In this document: one piece after another, positions 19,218-28,596 of the stretch
Layout: every line of letters begins with the position of its first letter
How positions within the stretch are numbered: the first letter of the stretch is position 1
From: a bacterium
Lineage (GTDB): Bacteria > Patescibacteriota > Andersenbacteria > UBA10190
DNA length: 59,524 nt
Assembly: GCA_027624555.1 (NCBI GenBank)
Contig: JAQBWN010000002.1
Coordinates: 1-59,524, forward strand
Direction: 5' to 3'
Notes under the pieces: model-generated
Database searches by the model: none
What the model was told of the DNA's origin: nothing
What the model saw: the letters and a program-made list of their open reading frames with translations, nothing else
Position numbers and translations under genes: made by a program

Positions 19218-19898
19218 ATGATTACGTTTACAAAAGTCTCGAAGAAATATGCGGATTTAAGCCCGGCGCTTCAGGAAGTAACCATTAAAATACCGACGGG
19301 AGACTTTGTCTCTATTGTTGGGCAAAGCGGCGCGGGCAAATCCACCATGCTCAAGTTGCTATCCGCAGAAGAAAAACCAACACAAGGAAACATTGTTATA
19401 GACGGATGGGATATTACAAAGATAAAAAACTGGCAAGTACCATACCTTAGAAGGCAAATAGGAGTAGTGTTTCAAGATTTTAAATTACTTCCCAAGCGCA
19501 CCGCATTTGAAAATATTGCATTTGCTATGGAGGTAGGGGGCGCTCAACCAAAAGAAATTCGCACATCAGTTTCTCAAATATTAAAACTAGTAAACCTTAC
19601 AGATAAAGCGCATACGTATCCGAATGAAATGTCTGGTGGAGAGCGTCAGCGAGTTTCTATTGCTCGCGCACTGGCATACAAGCCTCAAATTTTACTCGCA
19701 GATGAACCAACGGGAAATTTAGATGCGCTAAACTCTTGGGATATTGTGCAACTTTTAATGAAGATAAACAGATTAGGCACTACGGTACTTCTTGCAACTC
19801 ACAATGACGATATTGTAAATGCGCTCAAAAAACGTGTGATAACATTAAACCAAGGTAAAATAATATCTGACCAACAAGCAGGTACATACAAACTATGA
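19218..19898 (+). CDS. ftsE: Cell division ATP-binding protein FtsE
   Basis: GQSGAGKST, VPYLRRQIGVVFQDFKLL, SGGE, ADEPTGNLD. Confidence 0.95.
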   Translation: MITFTKVSKKYADLSPALQEVTIKIPTGDFVSIVGQSGAGKSTMLKLLSAEEKPTQGNIVIDGWDITKIKNWQVPYLRRQIGVVFQDFKLLPKRTAFENIAFAMEVGGAQPKEIRTSVSQILKLVNLTDKAHTYPNEMSGGERQRVSIARALAYKPQILLADEPTGNLDALNSWDIVQLLMKINRLGTTVLLATHNDDIVNALKKRVITLNQGKIISDQQAGTYKL

Positions 19899-20818
19899 TT
19901 GGCATATCTTTTTTTAGAGTAATTCGCAACGCGTTCCGAAACTTTCGAAGAAACGTGTGGCTTTCTATTGCCACTACATTAATAATGACATTGACGCTAT
20001 GTATCATTTTATTTTTGTACACAGTAAATGTTTTGGGAAGAGAGTTCTTGCGAAACGTAGAGCAGAAGGTGGATATTGCGGTAACCTTCAAAGACACAAC
20101 ACAGCTTTCAGAAATTAACACGATTCAAAAAGATATTGCTGCCAGATCGGATGTGCAAAATACGCGCATTGTAACCAGCGATGAAGCCTTAGCAGAATAC
20201 AGAAAACGCCATGCGGATAATCCATATATTGAAGAAGCTTTGAAAGAGCTTAACTCAAACCCGCTACCTAATAGCATGTACATTGTAGCAAAAGACCCTC
20301 AATTTTATGAAAATATTACAAGCAGTTTGCGTTCCAATCAATACGAAGAGTATATAGAAAAAATAAACTTTCAAGATACTAAAATTATAATAGAGAAAAT
20401 GATTCGCATTATGAATATTATCAAAACTGCGGCGATTATTGCCACAGGGATATTTGGTTTACTAGTGATACTTATTATGTTCAACACCATTCGGCTCGCC
20501 ATTTATAGCTTTAGGGAAGAAATAGATATCATGAGGCTGGTTGGTGCTTCTAGGTGGTATATTCAGGGTCCCTTTCTTATGGAATCTGTGCTCGTTGCAT
20601 TAATTAGCGTAAGTATTGCTACAACTATTTTATACGTTTCACTTAATACTATGGCAAAAAATGTGAATCTTTTTGTCTTTACGGGACAAAACACCAATTT
20701 TGATATTTACCAATATGCCGTATCTCACTGGATTCAAATTATAGGGCTCCAACTCGTAGCTGCTATCAGCCTTGCAGTACTCTCTAGCTACGTCGCGATT
20801 CGAAGATATTTACGATAG
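19895..20818 (+). CDS. ftsX: Cell division permease FtsX
   Basis: NTIRLAIYS.REEIDIMRLVGAS.WYI.GPF. Confidence 0.95.
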   Translation: MIGISFFRVIRNAFRNFRRNVWLSIATTLIMTLTLCIILFLYTVNVLGREFLRNVEQKVDIAVTFKDTTQLSEINTIQKDIAARSDVQNTRIVTSDEALAEYRKRHADNPYIEEALKELNSNPLPNSMYIVAKDPQFYENITSSLRSNQYEEYIEKINFQDTKIIIEKMIRIMNIIKTAAIIATGIFGLLVILIMFNTIRLAIYSFREEIDIMRLVGASRWYIQGPFLMESVLVALISVSIATTILYVSLNTMAKNVNLFVFTGQNTNFDIYQYAVSHWIQIIGLQLVAAISLAVLSSYVAIRRYLR

Positions 20819-21712
20819 AGATTTTAAAATATCATCAAAAGCAACTGGTAATTCTTGTATATTTATAAGTGGTGCTTGGCTTAATGCGTCATACAATGCA
20901 GGCAAGTAGCGAGAATTGCGAATAGTAATCCGTATACATGTTCCGTCCAACTGATCCGTAGGAATAAGCCGTACTTCTAGCACGCCTGGGTGAGAGCGAA
21001 GCTTCCGCAACAAGTCGTATCGCATACCTTCTACCCATGCATCAACAACACGCGATGTTCCGGTAGCATGCGCTATCTCATTTTTTGTACCCATACTCAC
21101 CATGCAAAGTTTATGTAAAAGCAAAATGGGTATTTGCAACGCCTCGGCTACAGCTACGCTACGAGTTGCAATACAAACTGTTCTTCCAAGAAAAATTGTG
21201 GCAAGCAAAGCTTTCATTTCTGCAGCGCCAACTACATCTGCCACATCATCAAATAATAAAATAGGTGCCTCAGAGAGCGCAGCTTTCGCCAACTTTACCC
21301 TCACTTTTTCAGTTGTTGATAGATGCTGAATATTTTTTTGCATTACATGGTGAATGCCTAGAACTTGCGTAATCTCACCAATTTTTGCTGGCAAATTTTG
21401 AATTCCTTGCTCAAGTCCAAAATCGTGCAATACATCATGCACTGTTTCATGCGCTAAATCATTACTTTCCACAGAAACATACCCCGCGTTGTTACTAGGA
21501 GTTGCATCCGGATTTGTGCCATTTACAATTACCGACCCAAAATCGGGTTTTATTGCACCGCTTAAGAGTTTTAATAAAGTGGTTTTTCCGGAAGTACTAT
21601 GCCCAAAGACTGCGATATGTGACCCATGATCCAATGAAAAAGATATGTCTTTTAATACAGGTTCATGGTACGACGCATGTACATGTCGAAGTTCTATAAA
21701 AGCCCCTTCCAT
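20810..21712 (-). CDS. Degenerate ABC ATP-binding protein
   Basis: Walker A GHSTSGKT; signature reads LSTTE; Walker B reads LLFDD. Confidence 0.7.
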   Translation of the reverse strand: MEGAFIELRHVHASYHEPVLKDISFSLDHGSHIAVFGHSTSGKTTLLKLLSGAIKPDFGSVIVNGTNPDATPSNNAGYVSVESNDLAHETVHDVLHDFGLEQGIQNLPAKIGEITQVLGIHHVMQKNIQHLSTTEKVRVKLAKAALSEAPILLFDDVADVVGAAEMKALLATIFLGRTVCIATRSVAVAEALQIPILLLHKLCMVSMGTKNEIAHATGTSRVVDAWVEGMRYDLLRKLRSHPGVLEVRLIPTDQLDGTCIRITIRNSRYLPALYDALSQAPLINIQELPVAFDDILKSLS

Positions 21713-21737
21713 TTAACCAGTATACCACAGTGGAAGT

Positions 21738-21992
21738 TTACCGAGAACGCAACGGTTTTATATGGGAAGCAATGGAAATAACTAAACCAATAAGTGCAAT
21801 GTTTTTTATAACATATTGCCCTTCAAGCGTAGGCACAAATGGCGCATCCCAAGAAACGGTTGGAAGCAGAATAAGCACCATACCAGTCATCACCATGTGC
21901 AAAGCAAATAATAAAATAGAGAGTCGGTCGAATTTTGAAAACAAAAATAATATTCCGATAAGAACTTCAAATATGCCGAACAATACAATTTG
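21738..21992 (-). pseudogene. DoxX-like membrane protein, C-terminal half only
   Basis: FGIFEVLIGILFL...HM...VPTLEGQYVIKN; frame runs directly into the tRNA 3' end with no ATG. Confidence 0.6.
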
Positions 21993-22063
21993 TTCCGGGA
22001 CAGGGATTCGAACCCCAGTTTTCAGATTCAGAGTCTGACGTCCTGCCGCTAGACGATCCCGGA
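21993..22063 (-). tRNA. tRNA-Gln(CTG)
   Basis: TCCGGGA/TCCCGGA acceptor, TCAGA-CT CTG AA-TCTGA, GTTCGAAT. Confidence 0.95.
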
Positions 22064-22114
22064 TTGTATATGAATAATGTTAGTTTCCGTGAAAAAGGGG
22101 AATTACGCAAGCAT

Positions 22115-22146
22115 AAAAAAACCGCGGGCAACAAGTACCACGCGGT
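22115..22146 (-). terminator. Intrinsic terminator downstream of the fae remnant
   Basis: Minus strand ACCGCG...CGCGGT followed by a T-run. Confidence 0.65.
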
Positions 22147-22185
22147 CGAATGAATTCTTTCGGGTAGGATTTTAAAACCTATTCG

Positions 22186-22610
22186 TCAGAGCTCGTCCCC
22201 GTCTCCAACTGCATCCGCTGCCGATGAAGCCATGTTGGTGGCGGGTTGTTCTGCTGATTCGTCGAAGAACGGATGAACGGCCGTATCGCGCTGAGCGATG
22301 ACTTCGTCTGCACTTGGTTCGCCACCCCTGGCTCGTTTGATCGCCAGTTTGACGGCTTCGTAGTTGTACTGGTAAATCTTTTTGTCGTCAGCTGCTTCCC
22401 AGTGAATAAAGACACCGCAGATGATGACCAGATTTTCAGCCTGGCTTTTTGGGAACGCGCCGGATTTTACACTGTCCGTGACGGCGTCGCCCACTGCTTT
22501 TTGTGCTGGTCCGAACATCTGAACGGCCTGTCGACCACCTTTGATTGTGGCTTTTGTGATCATGACGGTAGCGGGTTTGACGATCAGGTTTGGCGTTCAA
22601 ACATGGACAT
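22186..22610 (-). pseudogene. fae: Formaldehyde-activating enzyme (Fae), internally deleted and frameshifted
   Basis: TPNLIVKPATVMITK, QAVQMFGPAQ, GVFIHWEAADD, YNYEA and HPF are Fae motifs; the GGGAG + ATG TCC ATG TTT start is out of frame with the body. Confidence 0.85.
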
Positions 22611-22734
22611 AAACTGCTCCCGAATTGAAACGAACCATTAATATGTAATCATCAGCCATTGCTGAAGACCGATACTTTGTACTATAAGAGAGTCATTCTT
22701 GTCAATAATAAGATTTACTTGGTATAGTAGGGAA

Positions 22735-23184
22735 ATGGAAATATACATTGGCGCAGATCATCGAGGGTTTCGGATGAAAAACGACTTATTGCTTTGGTTT
22801 CATAATCACGGGTACCAAGTTACAGATATTGGAGGTCACAAAGAAGATCCGGAAGATAATTACCCAGAGTATGCCGAACTACTTGCCGAAGCCGTTGCGC
22901 AGGATCCGGAAAATAGGCGGGGAATTTTACTGTGTGGCTCTGGGGCGGGTATGGCGATTGCCGCAAATAAAGTAAAAGGAATTCGAGCAGCGCTTATTCA
23001 TGACGCACGTATCGCAAAGAGCGCGCGCAACGATGATAATATTAACGTGTTAGCACTTGGCGCAGATTTTGTTTCCAGCGATACAGCTGAGCAAGTGATT
23101 CAAGCGTTTTTGAAAACGCCTTTTTCTGGAGCAGATAAGCATGTGAAAAGAATTGGGCAGATTGCGAAAATGGAAGGGAAGTAG
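22735..23184 (+). CDS. rpiB: Ribose-5-phosphate isomerase B
   Basis: GADHRG, GILLCGSGAGMAIAANKVKGIRAA, NVLALG. Confidence 0.95.
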   Translation: MEIYIGADHRGFRMKNDLLLWFHNHGYQVTDIGGHKEDPEDNYPEYAELLAEAVAQDPENRRGILLCGSGAGMAIAANKVKGIRAALIHDARIAKSARNDDNINVLALGADFVSSDTAEQVIQAFLKTPFSGADKHVKRIGQIAKMEGK

Positions 23185-23249
23185 GATTTCTTTATAATGA
23201 CACTAAGCATAAATAAAACACGCGACTTGATAGGACAATCCATGCGACG

Positions 23250-23276
23250 TGGATTCCGGGTCAAGCCCGGAATGAC
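23250..23276 (+). repeat. Palindromic element, family B (GGATTCCGG-TCAAG-CCGGAATGAC)
   Basis: Near-identical to 32172-32198. Confidence 0.8.
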
Positions 23277-23282
23277 AACGCT

Positions 23283-23972
23283 ATGACAGACATAGAAATA
23301 GTTCCGGCAATATTACGGAATACATTTGAAAAAATTACAGAGGATTGGAATACAGTAGTTCCAGTTGCAAAGCATATCCAAGTAGATGTTACTGATGGAA
23401 TATTTGCAGGAGAGAAGGGTTTTTTAGACATAACCAGATTTGCAGAATTACCAGAAAGTTCTTTTAACGACTTTAGTACGGCAAAACTTGAATTGCATAT
23501 GATGGTTCAAACGCCGGGAGATTTTGTAGACGATATTATAGAATTAAACCCTGCGCGATGCGTATTCCACATTGAAGCGTTCCAGGGCAAACTAGATTTG
23601 CCATTTGTGTACAACACAATAGGAGAATATACGAGCACCGAACTCGGGCTTGCGATAAATCCAAATACACCGATAGAGCGCCTTGATGAGTATCTACCGA
23701 TTATCCAATATATTTTATTTATGGGATATGAGCCAGGAATTGCGAACCAGCCGATAAATCCGTCCGTATTTGAAAAAATTTCAACTTTTCATAAAAATCA
23801 TCCGACTATAAAAATATCCGTTGATGGTCACGTAACAGCAGAAACTATTCCAAAATACGTAACATCAGGAGCGAGTATTCTAAATGCCAACACTTCTATT
23901 TTTGGGATAGGTAATCCACAAGAAAACATGAAGCAATTAGAGCTCATAGCGCAAATGGCAGGCCTTCCGTAA
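23283..23972 (+). CDS. rpe: Ribulose-phosphate 3-epimerase
   Basis: VDVTDG, ELHMMV, FHIE, GLAINP.TP, VDG; pentose-phosphate gene context. Confidence 0.88.
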   Translation: MTDIEIVPAILRNTFEKITEDWNTVVPVAKHIQVDVTDGIFAGEKGFLDITRFAELPESSFNDFSTAKLELHMMVQTPGDFVDDIIELNPARCVFHIEAFQGKLDLPFVYNTIGEYTSTELGLAINPNTPIERLDEYLPIIQYILFMGYEPGIANQPINPSVFEKISTFHKNHPTIKISVDGHVTAETIPKYVTSGASILNANTSIFGIGNPQENMKQLELIAQMAGLP

Positions 23973-23993
23973 AAAAAATGGTATACTGCTAAC

Positions 23994-24848
23994 ATGGAGC
24001 GCCTTACAACCGAAGCAGACCTCACGCGGATGGCAAATACCGTTCGCAAAGATATTATTAAAATGTTACTTGCCGCAGGTTCTGGGCATAGCGCTGGTCC
24101 GCTTGACTTGGCAGATATTGCAACAGCACTCTACTTTAATATTTTAAATTTTAGCCCGAAGCAAAAAACGGACCCAGACAGAGACCGTCTGTATGTTTCG
24201 TGTGGCCACACAGCACCCGTATGGTACGCAGTGCTTGCCCGAGCAGGATTTTTTCCAATTGAAGAATTACAAACGCTTCGTAAATTAGGCTCTCGCCTAC
24301 AAGGGCATATCGACAGGCTCACAACACCGGGTATTGAAAGTTCGGCCGCCAGCCTCGGCCAAGGGCTTTCTATAGCATGCGGATCTGCGTATGCAAGTAA
24401 AATGGATAAAAAAACGTATCAAACATATGTTCTCCTTTCTGATGGGGAACACGACGAAGGCTCAACATGGGAAGCGATATCGTTTGCTGGGCATTACAAA
24501 CTTTCCCATTTAACGGCAATTATTGATAGAAACAACATTCAAATAGATGGGCCAACAGAAACGGTCATGAAAAAGGAAAACTTAAAAGACAGATACGAAG
24601 CATTTGGATGGCATGTCATAGAAATAAATGGGCACAACATGGAAGCAATTATAGACGCGTGCAATGAAGCGAAGGCAATTGTGGAATACCCCGTATGCAT
24701 CATCGCTCACACCATTGCAGGTAAAGGTGTTGATTTTATGGAATACAAATTTGAATGGCATGGCAATCCACCCAACAAAGAACAAGCAAGAGATGCGCTG
24801 AGGCAGCTGAGAAGTCTTGATAATAAAATTAACCCGTCAGATCTATAA
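23994..24848 (+). CDS. Transketolase, N-terminal subunit
   Basis: SGH, RDR..SCGH, SLGQGLS, DGEHDEG. Confidence 0.95.
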   Translation: MERLTTEADLTRMANTVRKDIIKMLLAAGSGHSAGPLDLADIATALYFNILNFSPKQKTDPDRDRLYVSCGHTAPVWYAVLARAGFFPIEELQTLRKLGSRLQGHIDRLTTPGIESSAASLGQGLSIACGSAYASKMDKKTYQTYVLLSDGEHDEGSTWEAISFAGHYKLSHLTAIIDRNNIQIDGPTETVMKKENLKDRYEAFGWHVIEINGHNMEAIIDACNEAKAIVEYPVCIIAHTIAGKGVDFMEYKFEWHGNPPNKEQARDALRQLRSLDNKINPSDL

Positions 24849-24850
24849 CC

Positions 24851-25840
24851 ATGAGTAATTTTTCAAAAGCTGCGCATTTGTCCCCGGCAACACTCCGTCA
24901 CGATGTGCACATGGCTCCTACAAGAGACGGATACGGAATTGGTGTAGTTGAACTGGGTGAAAACGACGAACGCATAGCCGTGCTCTGCGCAGACCTTGCC
25001 GAATCAACTCGCAGTAATTTGTTTCGAGAAAAATTTCCTGAACGCTTTATAGAAATGGGTGTTGCAGAACAAAACATGGCAAACGTAGCTGTAGGACTTT
25101 CGCTAAACGGGAAAATTCCTTTCATTGCCACCTACGCAGTATTTTCCCCAGGCAGAAATTGGGACCAAATCCGCATTTCTTCGTGCTACAACAACGCCAA
25201 CGTAAAATTTATTGGTGCACATGCGGGCATTTCTGTGGGCCCAGACGGGGGAACGCACCAAGCACTAGAAGATATTGCACTTACCCGCGTACTACCAAAC
25301 ATGACCGTTCTTGTACCATGCGATAGTGAAGAGGCACGCAAAGCAATTCACGCAGCGGCAAAAATAAATGGACCGGTATACATTCGCCTTGCGCGGGTAG
25401 CAACCCCCGTATTTACCACAGAAAAAACTCCGTTTACTGTTGGCAAAGCTTTGCAACTTCGTGACGGAGACGACGTCGCCATCATCGGTGCTGGCCCTAT
25501 TATGCATAGCGCACTTGTTGCCGCCCACCAGTTGGTAGAAAAAGGAATTTCCTGCCGAGTTATTAACTTACCAACTATAAAACCAATTGATTCTGACGCC
25601 ATCGAACAAGCAGCTCGTTCCTGTAGGGCAATAGTAACAGTTGAAGAGCATCAAATATTTGGCGGAGTAGGAAGTGCCATTACAGAAGTACTCGCACAAA
25701 CGTATCCTGTTCCTGTTGAGTTTATTGGAATGCACAATTCATTTGGAGAATCGGGAACACCAGAAGAACTGTTGCACAAGTACCGCATGGATGCGCCAGC
25801 AATTGTTCGTGCCGTATTAAAAGTAATAAAAAGAAAATGA
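24851..25840 (+). CDS. Transketolase, C-terminal subunit
   Basis: GVAEQNM, GPDGGTHQALED, GPVYIRL, TVEEH. Confidence 0.95.
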   Translation: MSNFSKAAHLSPATLRHDVHMAPTRDGYGIGVVELGENDERIAVLCADLAESTRSNLFREKFPERFIEMGVAEQNMANVAVGLSLNGKIPFIATYAVFSPGRNWDQIRISSCYNNANVKFIGAHAGISVGPDGGTHQALEDIALTRVLPNMTVLVPCDSEEARKAIHAAAKINGPVYIRLARVATPVFTTEKTPFTVGKALQLRDGDDVAIIGAGPIMHSALVAAHQLVEKGISCRVINLPTIKPIDSDAIEQAARSCRAIVTVEEHQIFGGVGSAITEVLAQTYPVPVEFIGMHNSFGESGTPEELLHKYRMDAPAIVRAVLKVIKRK

Positions 25841-26337
25841 CACATCTTGTTAAAATTATTCTTATAGTTGTGGGAATTTTTATTGCAGGTGCACTGTTTG
25901 CACTTTTTTTGCCATCACGAGGCACTGAGCAACTGCCACAAGCAAACATGCCGGAAGGCAAACAACCTCCGCTGTTTTCAGATCTTCGTTTAGGCACTCC
26001 AGTTAGACCTTCGTTTGCAACGCAAGTAAACCCTCCTATTAAACAAAAAACAGAATACACCACAAATGAACCCATTATGCTCCAAGGTACTACCACTTCT
26101 TCTGCAACAAAACCTGTTACCATTTCCGTACGGCTCGTAGATGAACAAAGCAATATTATTTCCCTAAAACCAAGCACCGCAACATTTGCATTAGGCACTA
26201 ATTCGTATTGTTGTTGGGATATAAAAACACCAGGGCAGTATGTTATGCAAGTATTTCGACCAGATTCGGTGATTACGAGGCTTCCAATAAAGATAGTAAA
26301 AGACTTTGAAACGGGTGGTTCGACAAGCTCACCATAA
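25837..26337 (+). CDS. Hypothetical membrane-anchored protein
   Basis: N-terminal TM; the last codons (GSTSSP) come from the palindrome TGGTTCGACAAGCTCACCA at 26316-26334. Confidence 0.65.
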   Translation: MTHLVKIILIVVGIFIAGALFALFLPSRGTEQLPQANMPEGKQPPLFSDLRLGTPVRPSFATQVNPPIKQKTEYTTNEPIMLQGTTTSSATKPVTISVRLVDEQSNIISLKPSTATFALGTNSYCCWDIKTPGQYVMQVFRPDSVITRLPIKIVKDFETGGSTSSP

Positions 26338-26385
26338 ACCAAATAAACTTGCATTATTTGCATAAGTAGAGTATAGTAGGTAGTT

Positions 26386-26685
26386 ATGAATACTCGTCTT
26401 ATCACACTATCTATAGGAATAGCCGTTTTTGGATTTATTGCCGTAGCTTTCCCTGTATTTGCTGGGGAAATACACACAGCAAATTACGGTGCTGGCTTTA
26501 TGCCTTCTCCTATTTTACAGGGCGAAACTAGCACACCAAGCGTACATACGGCGAATTACGGTGCTGGATTTGCAGGCTCTCCGAATGTGATTTATGCAAA
26601 TAGCCCTCGTCGATATGGATTCTACGGTGCAGGGTACTTGCCATCACCTCGCATTATCTACGGATTCAATTGGTTCAATTGGTAA
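26386..26685 (+). CDS. Secreted small protein with three YGAG[FY]xxSP repeats
   Basis: Signal peptide ending VFA; HTANYGAGF twice and YGAGYLPSP. Confidence 0.7.
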   Translation: MNTRLITLSIGIAVFGFIAVAFPVFAGEIHTANYGAGFMPSPILQGETSTPSVHTANYGAGFAGSPNVIYANSPRRYGFYGAGYLPSPRIIYGFNWFNW

Positions 26686-26693
26686 AAACCCGT

Positions 26694-26722
26694 TTGACAA
26701 TTTAATACAGATGGAGTAGAGT
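26694..26722 (+). promoter_or_regulatory. Sigma70-type promoter
   Basis: TTGACA-17 nt-TAGAGT. Confidence 0.6.
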
Positions 26723-26791
26723 ACCACTGAAGTCAGTAACAAAGTCGTTACTGAATGTTCATTTGATTACTAGAGAAGAAGGAGAATTTCG

Positions 26792-27181
26792 ATGCGTTTG
26801 TTTCGAAAAACCACACTTGTTATTTGCGTCTTAATCGCAGCCGTTTGCGGATTCACCGAAAAGGCCTCGGCTCAGTTTATCGCCGGAAGTTACGGCGTGG
26901 GTCTCTCACCTTGGTGGGGGACGGTCCCAAATGCACATCGCAGTGGTGCTGGCTGGACGCCGTCGCCAATCGCACTTACTGACATAAATGGGCGCGTGAC
27001 GGGGTCATATAACCCCGTCAATGGTCGCCTGCAAGGGCAAGGATTTATGCCACCAAGCGCATCGCATTATGGACACAGAAACGGAGAAGTCGCTCTCTAC
27101 GTTCCAATGGATGTCAGACTCGGCGGAGTGGTAATTGAACCACAAAACCGCAGATCCCGCCGACATAATCGGCGATGGTAG
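26792..27181 (+). CDS. Secreted small protein with related GAGWTPSP/GQGFMPPS motifs
   Basis: AAGGAG SD, signal peptide ending ASA, basic C-terminal tail. Confidence 0.65.
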   Translation: MRLFRKTTLVICVLIAAVCGFTEKASAQFIAGSYGVGLSPWWGTVPNAHRSGAGWTPSPIALTDINGRVTGSYNPVNGRLQGQGFMPPSASHYGHRNGEVALYVPMDVRLGGVVIEPQNRRSRRHNRRW

Positions 27182-27320
27182 TTGTTCGCTAGAAGATAGA
27201 GTAGCCGAGAGGGGATTCTGGACAAGCCTTTTTCCCCCTCTGGCTCACACTCTCGGATTGCTATTATGCTTAGACAATTCGAGAGTGTTTTTTTATACGT
27301 CAGTCTATATACTTATTATT

Positions 27321-28325
27321 ATGTTACTTGCCTCACTTACGACTATTCAACTAGGCGGAAATGCAAAAGAATATATTTCTTGCAAAACTCAGGACGACAT
27401 AACCGCTGCGCTTATATATGCGAAAGAAAAAAAATTAAAAATACATGTACTCGGTGGGGGCAGTAATAGTATTTTTGCGGACGCGGGATTTGACGGACTT
27501 GTAATACATATTCAAACAACGGGGATTTCGGCGGAAAAAACAGATGCCGCAGTTTACCTCACTGCGCAAGCAGGGGAGCCGTGGGACGATGTTGTGCAAT
27601 ACGCAATAAAAAATAATCTAACGGGCATAGAATGCCTATCCGGCATTCCCGGTTCTTGTGGCGGTACGCCGTTTCAAAACGTGGGTGCATATGGGCAAGA
27701 AGTTGCGCAGACTATTTCTTACGTTGATGTAATCGACAGAAATTCGTTACAAAATATTCGTTTTACTAACGATGAATGCAATTTCGGATACCGCACCAGC
27801 AGATTCAAAGTCCAGGATTTTAACAAGTATATTATTTTGTCCGTTACGTTTCGGTTAATCCCAAGTGGTACACCAAATATTCGCTACGGGGAATTAAGTA
27901 GCCTTGTATCCGAAACATCTTCACTGCAAGAAATTCGAGACGCTGTATTACAACTTCGCAAAAAGAAATCTATGCTTATTGACCCAGCAGACCCAAACAG
28001 TATTTCCTGTGGTTCGTTTTTTACAAATCCGATTATTTCTGCAGCAGAATTTGAAACGGTACAAAAAAATATATCTGAAGAAATACCGTCATACGAATCA
28101 GCGGGAGATAAAAAACTATCTGCCGCGTGGTTAGTTGAACATGCTGGTTTTACGAAAGGAACAACCAGGGGCAACGTAGGTATATCCGAACATCACAGCC
28201 TTGCGCTGGTAAATAACGGCGGGACTACACAAGCGTTGTTACAATTTGCAAATGAAATTCAAACAGCAGTAGAGAACAAGTTTAATATCAAACTTGTTCT
28301 CGAACCACTTGTAATACCCTCATAA
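27321..28325 (+). CDS. murB: UDP-N-acetylmuramate dehydrogenase
   Basis: LGGGSN, LSGIPG..GG.P.QNVGAYG, FGYRTSRFK, GSFFTNP, LEP. Confidence 0.95.
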   Translation: MLLASLTTIQLGGNAKEYISCKTQDDITAALIYAKEKKLKIHVLGGGSNSIFADAGFDGLVIHIQTTGISAEKTDAAVYLTAQAGEPWDDVVQYAIKNNLTGIECLSGIPGSCGGTPFQNVGAYGQEVAQTISYVDVIDRNSLQNIRFTNDECNFGYRTSRFKVQDFNKYIILSVTFRLIPSGTPNIRYGELSSLVSETSSLQEIRDAVLQLRKKKSMLIDPADPNSISCGSFFTNPIISAAEFETVQKNISEEIPSYESAGDKKLSAAWLVEHAGFTKGTTRGNVGISEHHSLALVNNGGTTQALLQFANEIQTAVENKFNIKLVLEPLVIPS

Positions 28326-28331
28326 AAGATA

Positions 28332-28586
28332 GTGACTACGTATTTCGTATATATTCTCCGTTGCAGCGATGATTCTTTATATACTGGATGGACTTTGCAT
28401 ATTGAAAAAAGAGTTGCGTTGCATAACTCTGGCAAAGGCGCAAAGTACACGCGTGCACGCATGCCGGTTACATGTGTATATTCTGAAACTTTCTCTTCTC
28501 GAGAAGAAGCTATGAAGCGGGAATATGAAATCAAGCAACTAAGCAGGAAAGAAAAAACCTTGCTTATCTTGCAACAATCCGTATAG
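28332..28586 (+). CDS. GIY-YIG nuclease family protein (UPF0213-like)
   Basis: YFVYILRCSD.SLYTG, HNSGKGAKYT, REYEIK. Confidence 0.9.
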   Translation: MTTYFVYILRCSDDSLYTGWTLHIEKRVALHNSGKGAKYTRARMPVTCVYSETFSSREEAMKREYEIKQLSRKEKTLLILQQSV

Positions 28587-28596
28587 TTTATATCTT

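Noticed and set aside
28332..28586. GIY-YIG gene as the mobiliser of the palindromic repeats
   Set aside because: It looks like the ordinary UPF0213 type and no repeat copies flank it
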